Source of the DNA: Nemertoderma westbladi | Taxonomy: Eukaryota; Animalia; Xenacoelomorpha | DNA length: 64,000 bases | Direction of reading: 5' to 3' | Assembly (NCBI GenBank): GCA_032718475.1 | Contig: JAUCBJ010006632.1 | Span: forward strand, 12,596 to 76,595 | In this document: piece after piece, positions 48,129 to 61,067 of the stretch | Layout of the letters: every line of letters begins with the position of its first letter | Numbering within the stretch: the stretch's first letter is position 1 | Translations under genes and position numbers: made by a program | The notes under the pieces: generated by a model | What the model was told of the DNA's origin: nothing | Seen by the model: only the letters and a program-made list of their open reading frames with translations | The model's database searches: none

Positions 48129-48671
48129 TGTTAGCTTAACCAATTCCGCTAACACAAACCCATAGAGTGAACCGTTAAGCAATATTGGGAGCACGAGGTT
48201 GATTACCAATATCAACCTCCACCAAGGTGGGAAGGAGAGACACACACACAATAGGGGTCAGGGGTTACTCCCCTGAAAGGAGAGAGAACAACAGGGGCAA
48301 GGGGAAACACACCAGGGAAGGTGAAAGGGCGACAAGTAGGATATTAGCCAATCAGGGGGGGAGCATCGGCTGAGTAGCGTAACTTGGCCAACTGTGCAAT
48401 ATATTATCATTTACTCAGTGTATCATCCAGTCAGTGTATCATTTGGTGTTAGTTAGGTTAGTTTAGCTAGGGAAGTACCGGGACTTTAATCACCATTTCC
48501 CGCCTTCCGTTTACTATATTACCAATTCTATATTATAATCATTTATCTATACTATTATACCCAAAGATTATATACGACGAACAACACAAACTCTTTTCAC
48601 CTTTCACACACGGCGGGGACGCGTAGATTAACAAACCGGATAAACCGGGATCCTTCGTGGATCCTGTCACA
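48129..48671 (+). repeat. 5' LTR of D (543 bp)
   Basis: TG..CA; repeat of 60514-61067. Confidence 0.95.
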
Positions 48672-48680
48672 GTGATTAAA
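48672..48680 (+). promoter_or_regulatory. Non-tRNA primer-binding site of D (GTGATTAAA), complementary to LTR 48485-48493
   Basis: Abuts the LTR end, no TGG; exact 9-nt reverse complement TTTAATCAC in both LTRs. Confidence 0.72.
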
Positions 48681-48807
48681 TCGGAGCTGCTACCCTAGTT
48701 AACTAAACTCGAGCAGCTACTACAGTGATTAAAACCCAAGCAGCCGCCCCTAGTTGAACAGTGACTACCAGCCACCAATCTAAAGTACACAGAAGAGCCA
48801 AAGAAAG

Positions 48808-51800
48808 ATGAGCAACGTAACGCCAACGCGGACCCCGGACGAAGAGCTAACGATCCGCGAGGCCGCGACCAGGCGGTATAGGCCCACGACGCTGGACCCA
48901 TCCATAATGGGTCATCCGGCAGTTCAGGATGAGGGGAACCACCTGGAGCCAGAGAGCGAGATGGAAGGAGAAAGAGACGAGTCGACACATGTCGGTCGAC
49001 GTACCGATGTTGCCGGCCAGCCACAGGCCGAGGGCGACGGACGGCCCACCGGAACGGCGACGGTAGGGCCGCCGGTACGACGTCGGACCCGGAGAGATGG
49101 AGGAGAGGTCGGCGACGAAGACTTCGGGGTTTCTGATCGACTTTGACGGGCCTACAACGTGACCCGGAAACTACTAAAGGAGGCCAAAGAGAGGGCGAGG
49201 ATAGACGAGGTAAAGTTGACAAAAGGACTAGGTGAGTCGGATAGACATTTTAATTATCTAATGCGCTTTGGGCAGGGAGAACTGGCCAAGGAGAGAGCGA
49301 GAGGGGTTGCCAAAGAACTGTGTGATTTATGGCGGTGTAGGGGTATGCAACCTAGTGTAGTGTACATAGGGACATACTTAGTCGATGCCCAGGGTATAAA
49401 ATTAGTGGGTTGGAGGAGACCTGAGAGAGGCCGAATCCGAGGTTAACCCCGAGGATTCGGTCTCGTCGGTCGGAGGGAATTCCAGTTCCGGGAGGCGGGG
49501 GGAGTTAGTAGGACAGGAAGGCGGAGGGAATCCGTCACAACCGATAAGTCTGCTACATCCTCCGTAAAAGGAAGACGGGGGATGGAAATTAACGCGGAGT
49601 ACCATCTCGATTTGATAGCGCAAGGCCAAAGAGAGGTAGAGAGACAGTTAGAGGAGGGGAAAGCGCTATTAGAGAAAGAGATGGGACTGGTTAGAGAGAC
49701 CGGAGAGAGGGCCGAGAGAACTGCGAAAAGCTTTAGGGAGTGTGAGGAAATGGGATGGAAGGAACAAGAAGAGCATGAGGCGAGAGAGGAGAATGAGCGT
49801 AGGGAGCATGAGGCGAGAGAGGAGAGTGAGCGTAGGAAGCGTGAGGCGAGAGAGGAGAGTGAGCGCAAAGATCGCAAGGCGGAATGTAAAGAGCGCGAGG
49901 CGAGACGAACGGAGAGAGTTGAGAGAGAGAGAAGGAACAGGCCGAACAGAGCGCGCGGGAGAGTCAGGAAATGATAGCAGAGGGGAGGCGTATGCGGGAT
50001 GGTTTACATGCCCGCCTAGGGGGGTTAATTCAGTACCAAACCAGACAGAAGCGCATACTGGAATTGGCGCGATTGGGGTTGTCAGAGAGTGAGGCTGAGT
50101 CGAGTGCTTTCGAGGAGCCAAGGGCCGAGGAAACATTTATTAATACTCCACTTACAGGGACCGCACGACAAACCCGAGACTGGTGTAACTGTACGGGCGG
50201 GGGGGGGGGGGGGGGGGGGGGGGTAATAATAATACTACAGTAGATGACGTTAATATTAATAGTACCGTATTGGATAACTCTAACCAAACTTTTATTGCAG
50301 GAAATATTTTACCTAGTAGTAGTAATTTAAATTTAAATCCGAATAATTCTAATATTAATGTAGTTACGCAAAATAATCTAAATAATAATCTGAATTCGAA
50401 TTTACAAAATAAACCAAGTAACGCAATTGCGCAAAATAATCCGAATAACTTTATTTTGAACGAACAAAATAATTCCGTTTCTAATTTGGGTGCACAAAAT
50501 AATTTAACTGGGGTGGAAGACTTAATTGATTTAACCAATAACGGTTCCTGTGGTTCCTCAGGAAGCCAGTCTGATGGACCGCGTGATTAGTGAGCCAGAG
50601 GTGGCGGGGTTGAGCCAACCCAGGGTAGGCCTGGTAGGCCACGTAGTTAGTAGGCAGGAGGTGGCAAGGTTAAGCCAACCCGGGGTAGGCCTGGTGGGCC
50701 ACGTAGTTAGTAGGCAGGAGGTGACAGGGTTGAGTCAACCCGAGGTGGGCCTGGTAGGCCACGTAATTAGTAGGCAGGAGGTGGCGGGGTTGAGCCAACC
50801 CGGAGTAGGCCCGGTAGGCCAGGTAGTAGTAGAGAGAGAAGCTGGGGTGAATAGACCTAGCCGCAGTAGAAAGATTGTGTCGACTGGAGAGGGGTGTAGA
50901 AGTGAAGTAACAGGTAGCGGCGTGATATGTGGCGAGCGGGGGGGGGGGGGGGGCTACAGGAGCCCCACAACGAGAAGTTAGTGATGAGAGGGGGGGCAGA
51001 GAGTGTCCCACAGGCGTCGGCGGATAATGCGCGGGCCGAATCAGGTAAACCACAACACCCGGCGACGGAGAGTAATAGGGGGATTGCGAGTATCCCCAGC
51101 GGCGTGCGATCGAGCAGAGAGAGGCAGGATGACGTCGCGAGAAGGCGGACGGAGCGTCGAGCCCGATCAGAAGAGGGAAGAAGAACAGTGGAGTTTAACC
51201 GGGAGGTCGACGAGAGATCTCACGAGCGGGAATACTGCACTGTAAAGAGAAGAAGAGAAGACAGTAGGAGAATTATCGCCGCGAACGATAGGAGAGCGAG
51301 GACGGATAGCGAGCCGTCGGTAGTCAAGATGGAAAGAGAGTGTAGGTGGGGTCGAACTTCGGGAGATTGCCGTTGCCTCGGAGAAACGCGACCCGACGAG
51401 GCGCACTACGCGTCGAGAGAGGGGTACACAATGTACCGGTACGAAGACGAGAGCAGTAGAGGGGGTCGAAGAGAAACTTTCCGACGGGAAATACCTACCG
51501 ACCGAGAATACGGTAGCCGCGGGGAGGATTATTTGAGAAGAATAAACTTCGATCCCGAGAGACACACACAGACTGTAGGACATACTGTAGGCCTTACTGC
51601 ACATACTATAGGCCATGCTGACAGAGGCAATGTAAGCGATAGGATAGCGCGAACCGCGGGATTAAACCCGGAAGTCGCGGAGTACATACCGGCAGGTAGG
51701 CCAGAAGCTGATAGGCCTATACCGGTACCAGTGCAGCAGTATGACTACAGCACGAAAGGATATAACATATACCCAGTGGAGGGGGGAATCGTGCTAAAGA

Positions 51801-53062
51801 CGCTAGACGCGCCATACGAGCTCAACACGTCTAACAAGTGGAGGAAAATCGCTTTCTCCACTCGAGATAGGAAGGGTGCGGAACTGGGTTTAGAGGAAAT
51901 GTCAAGCTTCTTAATCTACGAAGCTGAACTAATAACCGATCCAGTCTATAGCGAAGATAGCCTGGGAAAGGGACCAAAGACGGATTACCACAGACCGAAA
52001 CCAGAGCACAACACGTCAAACGCATTACCAAAGCTCAGGCAATCACTGCCGTATGCAGCGACGCAGGGGACTGCAAGTCCACAGGTAGCCGAGGGTAAGA
52101 CCACACCATGGAACGGACAAGGGAAAAATAACAACACAAATAAATATAACCCTAGTACATCCAGTAGGCCGAACCCAAACAATAAGAACAGTAGGGATTT
52201 TGGTACAAAAGCAGCTGCGATACACAATGCACTGTATAAGGACGGCTACAACCCAAAGAGCAAATGCCAGCTACATACAAATGCGCTTCATCAAACCATG
52301 AACTGCAGGTACTGCAGAACGAGGCCAAGTAGAATGGCGGTAACAACCATTTCCAGCAAAGATGAGGTCCTGGATATGAGGACCGGACAGTGCGCGATTG
52401 CAGCAATAGCACCGGGATGCGACTATGGGGCGAGCATCGACCCCATCCAAGTGATAGAGTCAATAAATATCAATGCCAGGCGGCCAACCAACATCGAGGT
52501 CGAACAATACAAATTTCTGGATGATATCGACTTCACAATCCCAGAGGTGGACATTAGGAAGGTATCCATCATAGTAGGAATGGACTGCCCGACGGCCCAC
52601 GAAAGAATGCAAACGGTCTTCGGCGAAGACAGGGAGTGTGACCCAGTGGCGATACTGACACCATTCGGGTGGACACTGAGTGGCCCAATCAAGAGCAAGA
52701 TACCATTTAGGATGTCGGAGACATCAGGATGCATGCTCGCGGGAACTATGCAGGAAATGGGTGATGAGAGAGCAGAGGAGCAGCTTAAAAGACTGCTCAA
52801 ACAAGATTTTGAAGGATTAAAGGAGACCAGGGTCGGGACCTTGGTGGAAGACAAACAGGCTCAACAAAGCATAGAGGAGTCTATGAAATGCGACGAAGGG
52901 CGGTATACCATAGGAATGGTATGGAAGCTACCGAAGCTACCAATGCCCGATAATAGAGGGATGGTACTCACGACGCTCCACAAGCTGAAGCAGACACTAA
53001 AACGGAGCCCAGAGAAGAATGAGTACATCCACAGAACAATTAAGAAGTACGTCGAGAAATGA
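48808..53062 (+). pseudogene. gag: D gag/protease region, fragmented with internal deletions
   Basis: Broken coiled-coil ORFs; KWRK..SFLIYEAELITDPVYS, VSIIVGMDCP..TPFGWTLSGP; capsid core, knuckles and protease DxG motif not found. Confidence 0.75.
50590..50830 (+). repeat. 60-bp tandem repeat (4 copies) in D gag
   Basis: ggaggtggcggggttgagccaacccggggtaggcctggtaggccacgtagttagtaggca units. Confidence 0.9.
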
Positions 53063-53068
53063 TGGGCT

Positions 53069-56000
53069 GTGGAGTTACCGGTCGACGAACCAAGCACGGA
53101 CAGGACATATTACCTACCACTCCACGTGGCTTTAGATCCAAAGAAAGGTAAACTGCGGATGGTAGTTGACGCATCGGCCAAAACCAACGGAAAATGCCTA
53201 AACGACTATCTGCTGGAGGGTCCCAACATCTACAACTCGGGGATCGAGGTCCTACTTAGATTCAGGAATGGGAAACACGCCTTCACCTGTGATATAGAGG
53301 GCATGTTCAACCAAGTCCGTGTAACGGAAGAAGATAGCGATAGTCAACGCTTCTTATGGTACAACGGCAACGAAGAACCGTCAACCATACCAACGTATAA
53401 GACGATAGTACAGAACATGGGGGCCAAGTCGTCTTCCTTCACGACGACTATGGCAGTAAGAGACACAGTGAAAGGGAAGGAGGATAGATACAGCACTAGG
53501 GCCGTCGATATGATTCGACGCAGCTTCTACGTAGACGACGGAATGGAGTCTGGAAATACGGTTAAAGAGATACTGGACACAGGGCGCGAGGTTCGCGACA
53601 TCCTAAAAGGATCCGGCTTTAACCGGACCAAATTCCAATCCAGTTCGAAGGAATTTATCAAGGCGATAGAGGACGAGAGACCAGAATCGACCATGGATAA
53701 TCCCACAACAGCCAAAGGGCAGGACATGGCGAATAAGAGAACAGAGTCTCAACAGAAGGCACTGGGAATCGTGTGGAACAGAGAAACAGATTAACTGAAG
53801 TACCAGCTGAGCCAGGAGGGCGCAGACATCCACACAAAGAGGGGCTATGTGTCATACATAGCAAGAATATACGATCCCCTAGGCCTAGCATTCCCACTAC
53901 TAGTAACGGGGAAACAGATACTCAAGAGAGTATACAAACTGAAGGATGATTGGGACATAGAGGTACCAGAAGAGATTAAGAAACAATGGTGTAAGTGGAC
54001 AGAAGGTTTAGAGCAGATAGGAACATACAGCATGCCACGAGTGTATTTCCCGGATGGGGACATGATGAACCTGGATCTGCACATGTTCTCCGATGCGTCA
54101 CTAGAGTCATACGGAGCGGCACTCTATTTAGTACAATGAGAGGGGCCTCATAAGCCCAGACTTGCCTTCAGCAAGGCGAAGTCAACGCCACCAGAATTGG
54201 CATCGGTTCCCAAACTCGAGTTGACAGCTGCGAGGTTAGGAGTTAGGGCCACAGCCTACATAATGGATGCTATTCCCAACATAGTGGAGACACACTACTG
54301 GACGGATTCCATGGTAGTGCTTGGATGGCTACATAACGAGAAAACGCAATACCCTATATTCGTCGCAAATAGAGTGGACAAGATAAGGGCGACGACAGAA
54401 CTAGAAAGGTGGCACTACTGCCCTACGGACAAGAACCCAGCAGACTTGTTATCAAGGGGCGTGGCACGCCACACGTTCCTAAGAAAGGAGGTATTGTGGC
54501 AACACGGGCCACAGTTTCTGAGCGACAAAGAGGCCTGGCCGCCGATGAGAAAGGTGGACCCGGGCTCGGGAGAAGCAGTATCAGAGGGAGAAGAGGGAGA
54601 TTCAGAGAGAGAAGAGATATACTCCCAGATGGTGAGGGAGATAAGGGACGTGCAACCTAAACCAGAAGAACTGTGCGATAACCCAACGGATAAACTCCTC
54701 AGCTACAGCTCTAGTTGGTACAAGACCAAGAAATTAGTGGCGTACTGGAGAGCCTTCGGGAATTTCCTCGCGGGAGTTGGCAAAGGCAAGAAGATCAGGA
54801 CAACCATAGATCTGGAAGGAGCGGCCAAAGCAGTTATCCGCTATGAACAACGGAAGAGCTATGGCGACGAGGTGGAATGCGTCGGTAAACAACAGCATCT
54901 TCGACGGGACAGCAAGCTGATCACGCTGTCACCACAACTTAATGATGATGGGATTCTAGTAATGAACTCTAGGGTGGGATATAACAACAGCATTGTTATA
55001 CCACCAAAGCCCATCATCATCCCTACAGGATCGCCAATAGTCCACCAGATTATCTGGGACTCCCACAAGTCGATATTGCACGGGGGCACCAACCGAACCC
55101 TTACGGAGATACGGAGGACCTTTTGGGTCAAACAGCTGAGGAAGAAGGTAAAAGCGGTAGTGGGGCAATGCCAGACCTGCCGACGAGCGAAGAAGGAGCA
55201 AGCCATACAGGAGATGGCACCACTGTCGGCGAGTAGGGTAAGACAGCACGACCCGCCATTTACGCATTGCGGTGTGGACATGTTCGGGCCGATAAAGATC
55301 AAGGTGATGCGGCACACAGAGAAACGCTACGGTATTATCTTCGTATGTAACAACACGTGGGCGGTAGGGATAGAACTCGCCCAAGATGCAACCGCATCGG
55401 CATTTATTAATGCTTTAGAAAGGTTCAGAGACCGCAAAGGTGGGACAATTGCAGTTATGTACTCCGGCAGCGGAACCAACTTTGCGGGAGCAGAGAACGA
55501 GATGGCAGAGGCCTTGGACATCTTGGAAGGGGAGGAAGTCAGGGCAGCCATGAGACGACGACAAGTTAAGTGGGAGAGGAGGACGCTGTATGCACCACAT
55601 ACACTAGGATGCGTCGAGAGACTGGTGGGCAGTTCGAAGCGTCTCATGACGAAGTTAATGAACACCCATATGGTCATGGAGGACGTTTTAAGAACAGTAC
55701 TTGCGAAGTGTGAGGGTATCATTAATAGCAGATCGCTATACCCGGAGAATGATGACCCTGAGTCACTAGATGTGCTGACGCCCAGCCATTTTCTAATGGA
55801 AAGGCCAGCGACTATCGATATGCGGGGTGTAGACCCAGATGACATACACTCCCGCCAGAGTTGGAAAGTCGCTAAAGCAATAAGCGCAGAGTATTGGAGG
55901 AGGTGGGTTGAGGAATACCTACCCACGCTTCACAAAAGAAGCAAGTGGAGGAAGTCGAATAGGGAGTTAAGAGAGGGAGATCTCGTGATCGTCACGGATG

Positions 56001-56160
56001 ATACTATCATCAACAACCAGTGGCGGTTGGCGAGAGTGGTAGGCACTTACTCCGATGAGGACGGAAGAGTCCGATCGGTAGAAGTGCGGATAGATGGCAA
56101 GACAGAAAAACCTACAGGAGAGCTGTAGGGAAATGCTGTCTACTAGAAGGGGCACCTTAA
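53069..56160 (+). pseudogene. pol: D pol (RT, RNase H, integrase) with stops; second IN aspartate apparently mutated (SGSGTNF)
   Basis: YYLPLH, LNDYLLEGPN, DIEGMFNQV, FYVDD, MFSDAS, NPADLLSRG, CGVDMFGP, LTPSHFL. Confidence 0.92.
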
Positions 56161-56289
56161 CGTAGTGTAGAGTGTAGGGGGGAGAGGTGTTTAGTCGTCC
56201 AAGTTTTGGACTGAGGGGGGTGGGATTGAGGGCGAGACGCCCTTCCCACACATAAAAATAAAAATAAATAAAAATAATTAGAGTTAGTT

Positions 56290-56760
56290 AGGAGGTACGT
56301 AGTACCGAGAGATAGAGTTAGCTAGTTAAGTTAGTTAGGAGTTAGTTAGTTAGTGGAGTTAGAGTAGTAAGAGGGTACGTAGTACCGTTAATTAGTAGAG
56401 TCAGAGTAGTAAGAGGATACGTAGTACCGTTAGTTAGTGGAGTTAGAGTAGTTAGAGGGTACGTAGTACCGCTAGTTAGAGGTGTTAGAGTAAGAGATAG
56501 AGGGTACGTAGTACCGCTAGTTAGTTAAAGAGAGAGAAAGTAAGAGTTAGAGGGTACGTAGTACCGCTAGTTAGTTAGAGAGAAAGAGAGTAAGAGTTAG
56601 AAGGTACGTAGTACCGTTAGTTAGTTAGAGAGAGAGTAAGAGTTAGAGGGTATGTAGTACCGTTAGTTAGTTAGAGAGAGAGTAAGAGTTAGAGGGTACG
56701 TAGTACCGTCAGTTAGAGAGAGATAGAAGTTAGTAAGAAAGTACGTAGTACTAGTTAAGT
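56290..56760 (+). repeat. Minisatellite of ~10 units (42-80 bp) with palindromic core GGTACGTAGTACC between pol and ORF3 of D
   Basis: Core at ~56294, 56374, 56416, 56458, 56503, 56553, 56603, 56649, 56695, 56740. Confidence 0.88.
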
Positions 56761-57196
56761 AAGAGATAGAGGTAGAAGGGTATATAGTATAGATATCAGT
56801 CAGTAGTTAGTAGCGAGAGGGGGGCATATGAGTACAGTTGGATAGATCGTGTAGGCCACGCGACATATACTGTTGTACTGCACAAGCCCGCAGAGTAGGC
56901 CAGAATGTGGATTAGAAAATAGATTAATCCATAGGCAATAGTAAGTAGTAGGACAGTAGAGTTAAAATTAAATTAAAATAAATAAAATAGGGCTAAGAGA
57001 ACAAATTATGGTAACAGTAATAAGGAAATTCTGGAACATAATTAAAGCAACGGACAGAATTAGTGAATTTAGGAAATTTAGCACTTTAAGAAAATAAAAG
57101 TAAGAAAAACGGCAATAACCTAGCATTTCAGAGAGAGATAGGCCATTATCGAACTGTACAGACCATCCTAGCTACATCACTCACTTATATTGCGCC

Positions 57197-59794
57197 TTGG
57201 TAAGGCACCACCTTATAGGTGAGCGATTGGGAGAGTTCGAAATGGCGGGGAAGCTGATCAGGAAGAGAAAGGCAGAGTCAGGAGGAAAGGAGATACTGGT
57301 GGATTTCACCAAGAGGCATCCGGAAGAGAGGACAAGGGGATACTACGACCGGTTGGAAAAGGGTCACGCAGCGCGAGCGCTACACGACCACTTTAGGGAG
57401 GTGCACGAACAGCGGCTGGTCGGGACCTACTGGATGCCGTCGCTGGACAACGCGATCTTCGAGCATTTCCACTATGTGGTGAAAGGGGACGAGGCGAAGT
57501 TCGGGATTCCGAAGTACCCGAGGGAGTCTCCGAGGAAGGATTGGAAGAGGTTCATAGAGTCCGTCTACAGGGGAGGATACATGATCCTAGACGACGAAGG
57601 AACCGTGGAAGACGAGGAAGGTTCGAGGAGAGAATCGGCGGGATCGACCAGAACCATACTCCTACATTTGGCCGCGCCAAATGGGGACATTTTCCTGTTT
57701 GATCTAGGAACGTATGGGAAGAAGGACGGACCGAAGTTAGACTGGCTGCCGAGGGCGGTGCAGGTCCTAGTGAGAAAGAAGTCGACAACGAAAGTGGGAT
57801 CGGCGATTCGCGACAACGCGGAGAGAATCATCGGTCCGGACACCCCCAACCTTCTAGACACGCAGGCGGTCTTTATGGCTATGACAGCGCCAGACGGGTT
57901 GGGGCTAGTGGAGAACACAGGCCAGTGCGGAGCGGTGGCGATGGGCCAGCTATTGGGGCTCGTGTGTCACAAACCGATGGACTGGGGGAAGTTCAGAGAA
58001 GAGTACGGAGCAAAGCTAGCGAACTCGCTGAAGTGGGGAGCAAGGCCAGGGAAACAAGAGGTGTATCAATTTTCGAAGAGGAGCTATAAAGGTATATCAG
58101 AAGCGATATATCCTACAGGAGGATTGGATAATGATAGGTTTGCTTAACCTATTCATGACCGTGGTTATCGAGAGGGAACCAGCGGCATTCCTATTATCGG
58201 GATCACCCTTGAGCTACAGAAGAGCCTTTAAAACGGCTTTCGAGGGTCTGGTAGACCACCCGGGGCCGAAGGGCGAGTCGGTGTACTACAACAGCCGACA
58301 TCTGGTAGACGGGGAGATAGATACGCCATATCAGAGATGGGAGCAGCTAGAGACGGATAGACGAGAAGCAAAGCGAATGAAAGAAGTCGCTAGACGGGAG
58401 AGGATAGAAGCAGAGGGAAGGGAGGAGGAAGCCAGGGCACAGGGCTACGGCTTCGAGGAACAGGCGGGCTTAGACAAATTTCGTTGGACTTCATCAGGGA
58501 TTTCGGGGGAGTCTCTAGGGCGAGAACTGGGGTGGACGGTGGGATCACCAAAACAGTCGACGTCGGGGTTGCAAGCGATGCCCATACCGGCGGGCGCTGA
58601 GGGCGACCAACCGCTAAGGAAGCTAGGGGAGCCAGAGGGATGGAGAGCTAAGGGCGAGAGCCAAGGCGGGAAGGGACATAGTGGATCCAGCGGGATACCG
58701 GGGTTGGAGCCACTGCCGGAGGAGGACGAAGACGACAACGAGTTCGGAGAGATGCCGCCCATCGCGAGGATAGGCCACTCGGACTCGGACTGGGTTGGCG
58801 GGAGGGTGGTGACGGCCAGTGGGTCGAGGGCCTTCTGGGATAAACCCGGCAAGCGGGCCTGGGTGCACGAGGAACCGGCGATGGATTTTGCGGGGAGCAC
58901 CATCAGGTTGGGCAAACAACCGGGGACGGCACCACGGGTAGTATTTGGGGAGACGATGCCCGGGGGAGGCGAGGAGATCGCGACATAGACAGGAACGCTA
59001 ACGTCCAAAAGTTCGCCTACCAGCGACTCCATAGACCGCGGAAATCGCTTGGGACGAAAGACGACGTGGGGCGGGAGACATTGGTACTCGGTTGCGACTA
59101 CTGTGGGAGACAGACCCACCAGGAAAGGAGCTGTTTGTACCGGTTCCAAAAGGGGACTGTCTGTCTCTATTGCCGAGAGTCGAGCCACAGGATGGGGGCG
59201 TGTCCACGGTTGCACAACCGATGTTCGAAATGTAACGTTCGGGGACATTACGGATGCCAGTGCAACTGGATGGACGACGAAGAGAAGTTCAGGATCTTCG
59301 ATGAAGGGGCCGACGTCGTGGCGATGACTCGGCAACGTATGAAGGCCCAGGAGTTCCGGTGGGGCTTCTTTAACATCAATCAGGAGGCTCACATGGAGAT
59401 TATTAAACGGAGGCTTCCATTTACCTACCAGGAAGTGGCGACGGCGGCATCATATGCTGGGGTGATAAATACGCAGAGGTATTTGGATAGGTGGACGCCA
59501 CAAAGCAGAGGAGAGTTTAGGGATTTCTTGGCGGAGCATGTGCCGCGGGCAATGAAGATGATCTTATGGGATGCCACCAGGGGGAGACAACAGGGCCACT
59601 CGGAGGGGCCACCCGCAAAGCGATATCGGGAGCTGATAACACCAGCACCCAAGGAGCCAACGACCGGGATTAGTAAGGAGGTGGCGGCGAGAGTCCGAAA
59701 ACAGAAGACAGATCCCAGAGGAGCGACAGTAACCAGGAAACGACCCAGGGAGGAGGACGGCAAAGGGAAAGACTTGAGATGGTTCCCAAAGTGA
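57197..59794 (+). pseudogene. D accessory ORF3: DEDDy-type exonuclease and 3 CCHC knuckles (frameshifted)
   Basis: ILDDEG, LLHLAAPNGDIFLFDL, LP..VQVLV....TKVGSAIRDN, LLDTQ, YILQE; CDYCGRQTHQERSC, CLYCRESSHRMGAC, CSKCNVRGHYGCQC. Confidence 0.85.
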
Positions 59795-60504
59795 GGGGGG
59801 GCGAACTGAGGCTTCGATGTGGTACGCCTGGAAGGTGCCACGCGAGACGTGCGAACTATTAAGTACAAATTCAAGTAATCTAAATAATCAAATAAGTGCA
59901 ATTTGTATGTACGTATGTAGCAATCAGTAATCTACGAAATATATATGTTCGAAGTAAGTACTATAGTCATACAACCTTTCTCAATTAGCTACTGGGACTG
60001 GGGGGCCAACTGACTATGGCACTATGGACGAGACACCAGACGATTTCACACTTCTTGAGTGTGATGGCACAGGAGGGCGGGTGAGACTCGTCAGAAGGAG
60101 TAGGGTAGTCAAAGAGGGGTCGAGAAAAGGTCATAGAGCGGAGTGTGAAGAGAGTGCGGATGCAATTCAAGTGTGGGGGGGGGAGGAATAAGAGGTTGAG
60201 TGAGGGACAGGGAAGTCCGAGAGTTAGAGCGGGAGGGAGGAGAAGTAGAGGAGAGTCTGGGTGAGAAAAGAGTAGAGTCAGGGCGAAAGTGTTGGGGAAA
60301 CATAAGTCGTGTGAGAGGAGTGCACGATCGGCCCGACATGGGACGCCAGGCGAACAGGGTAGCGTTATCATACCCATAGGGAGCGGCCTGGAAAGCCAGC
60401 TCCGAGAGGAAATGATTCCACCCCACACCCGATACTAGATCGGGATCCAGCGGAATTGTAGCGCACTTGAGGAGGATGCTATCTTCTCACCGGGAAGATA
60501 GCAT

Positions 60505-60513
60505 GGGGGGGAG
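60505..60513 (+). promoter_or_regulatory. PPT of D (GGGGGGGAG)
   Basis: Purine run abutting the 3' LTR. Confidence 0.8.
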
Positions 60514-61067
60514 TGTTAGCTTAACCAATTCCGCTAACACAAACCCATAGAGTGAACCGTTAAGCAATATTGGGAGCACGAGGTTGATTACCAATATCAA
60601 CCTCGTGTCACCCCAACAAGGTGGGAAGGAGAAACACACACACAATAGGGGTCAGGGGTTACTCCCCTGAAAGGAGAGAGAACAACAGGGGCAAGGGAAA
60701 ACACACCAGGGAAGGTGAAAGGGCGACAAGTAGGATATTAGCCAATCAGGGGGGGAGCATCGGCTGAGTAGCGTAACTTGGCCAACCGTGCAATATATTA
60801 TCATTTACTCAGTGTGTATCATTCAGTCAGTGTATCATTTGGTGTTAGTTAGGTTAGTTTAACTAGGGAAGTACCGGGACTTTAATCACCGTTTCCCGCC
60901 TTCCGTTTACTATATTACCAATTCTATATTATCATCATTTATCTATACTATTATACCCAAAGATTATATACGACGAACAACACAAACTCTTTTCACCTTT
61001 CACACACGGCGGGGACGCGTAGATTAACAAACCGGATAAACCGGGATCCTTCGTGGATCCCGTCACA
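60514..61067 (+). repeat. 3' LTR of D (554 bp)
   Basis: Repeat of 48129-48671 with small indels and substitutions. Confidence 0.95.

Larger units (their letters stand above)
48129..61067 (+). mobile_element. BEL/Pao LTR retrotransposon D (12.9 kb, degenerate)
   Basis: LTRs 48129-48671 and 60514-61067, 5-bp TSD, Pao-type pol. Confidence 0.95.

Noticed and set aside
50198-50540. Poly-G run and Asn-rich segment as a separate inserted element
   Set aside because: No termini or TSD; consistent with a low-complexity gag linker, and homopolymer length may be an assembly error
56290-56760. Repeat-spacer array resembling CRISPR
   Set aside because: Eukaryotic retroelement context, no cas genes, and the spacers are mutually similar low-complexity sequence
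474-60428. Many 60-315 aa antisense or alternate-frame ORFs and ORFs within LTRs
   Set aside because: They are shadows of pol, gag or ORF3, or chance ORFs duplicated with the LTRs; no recognisable motifs
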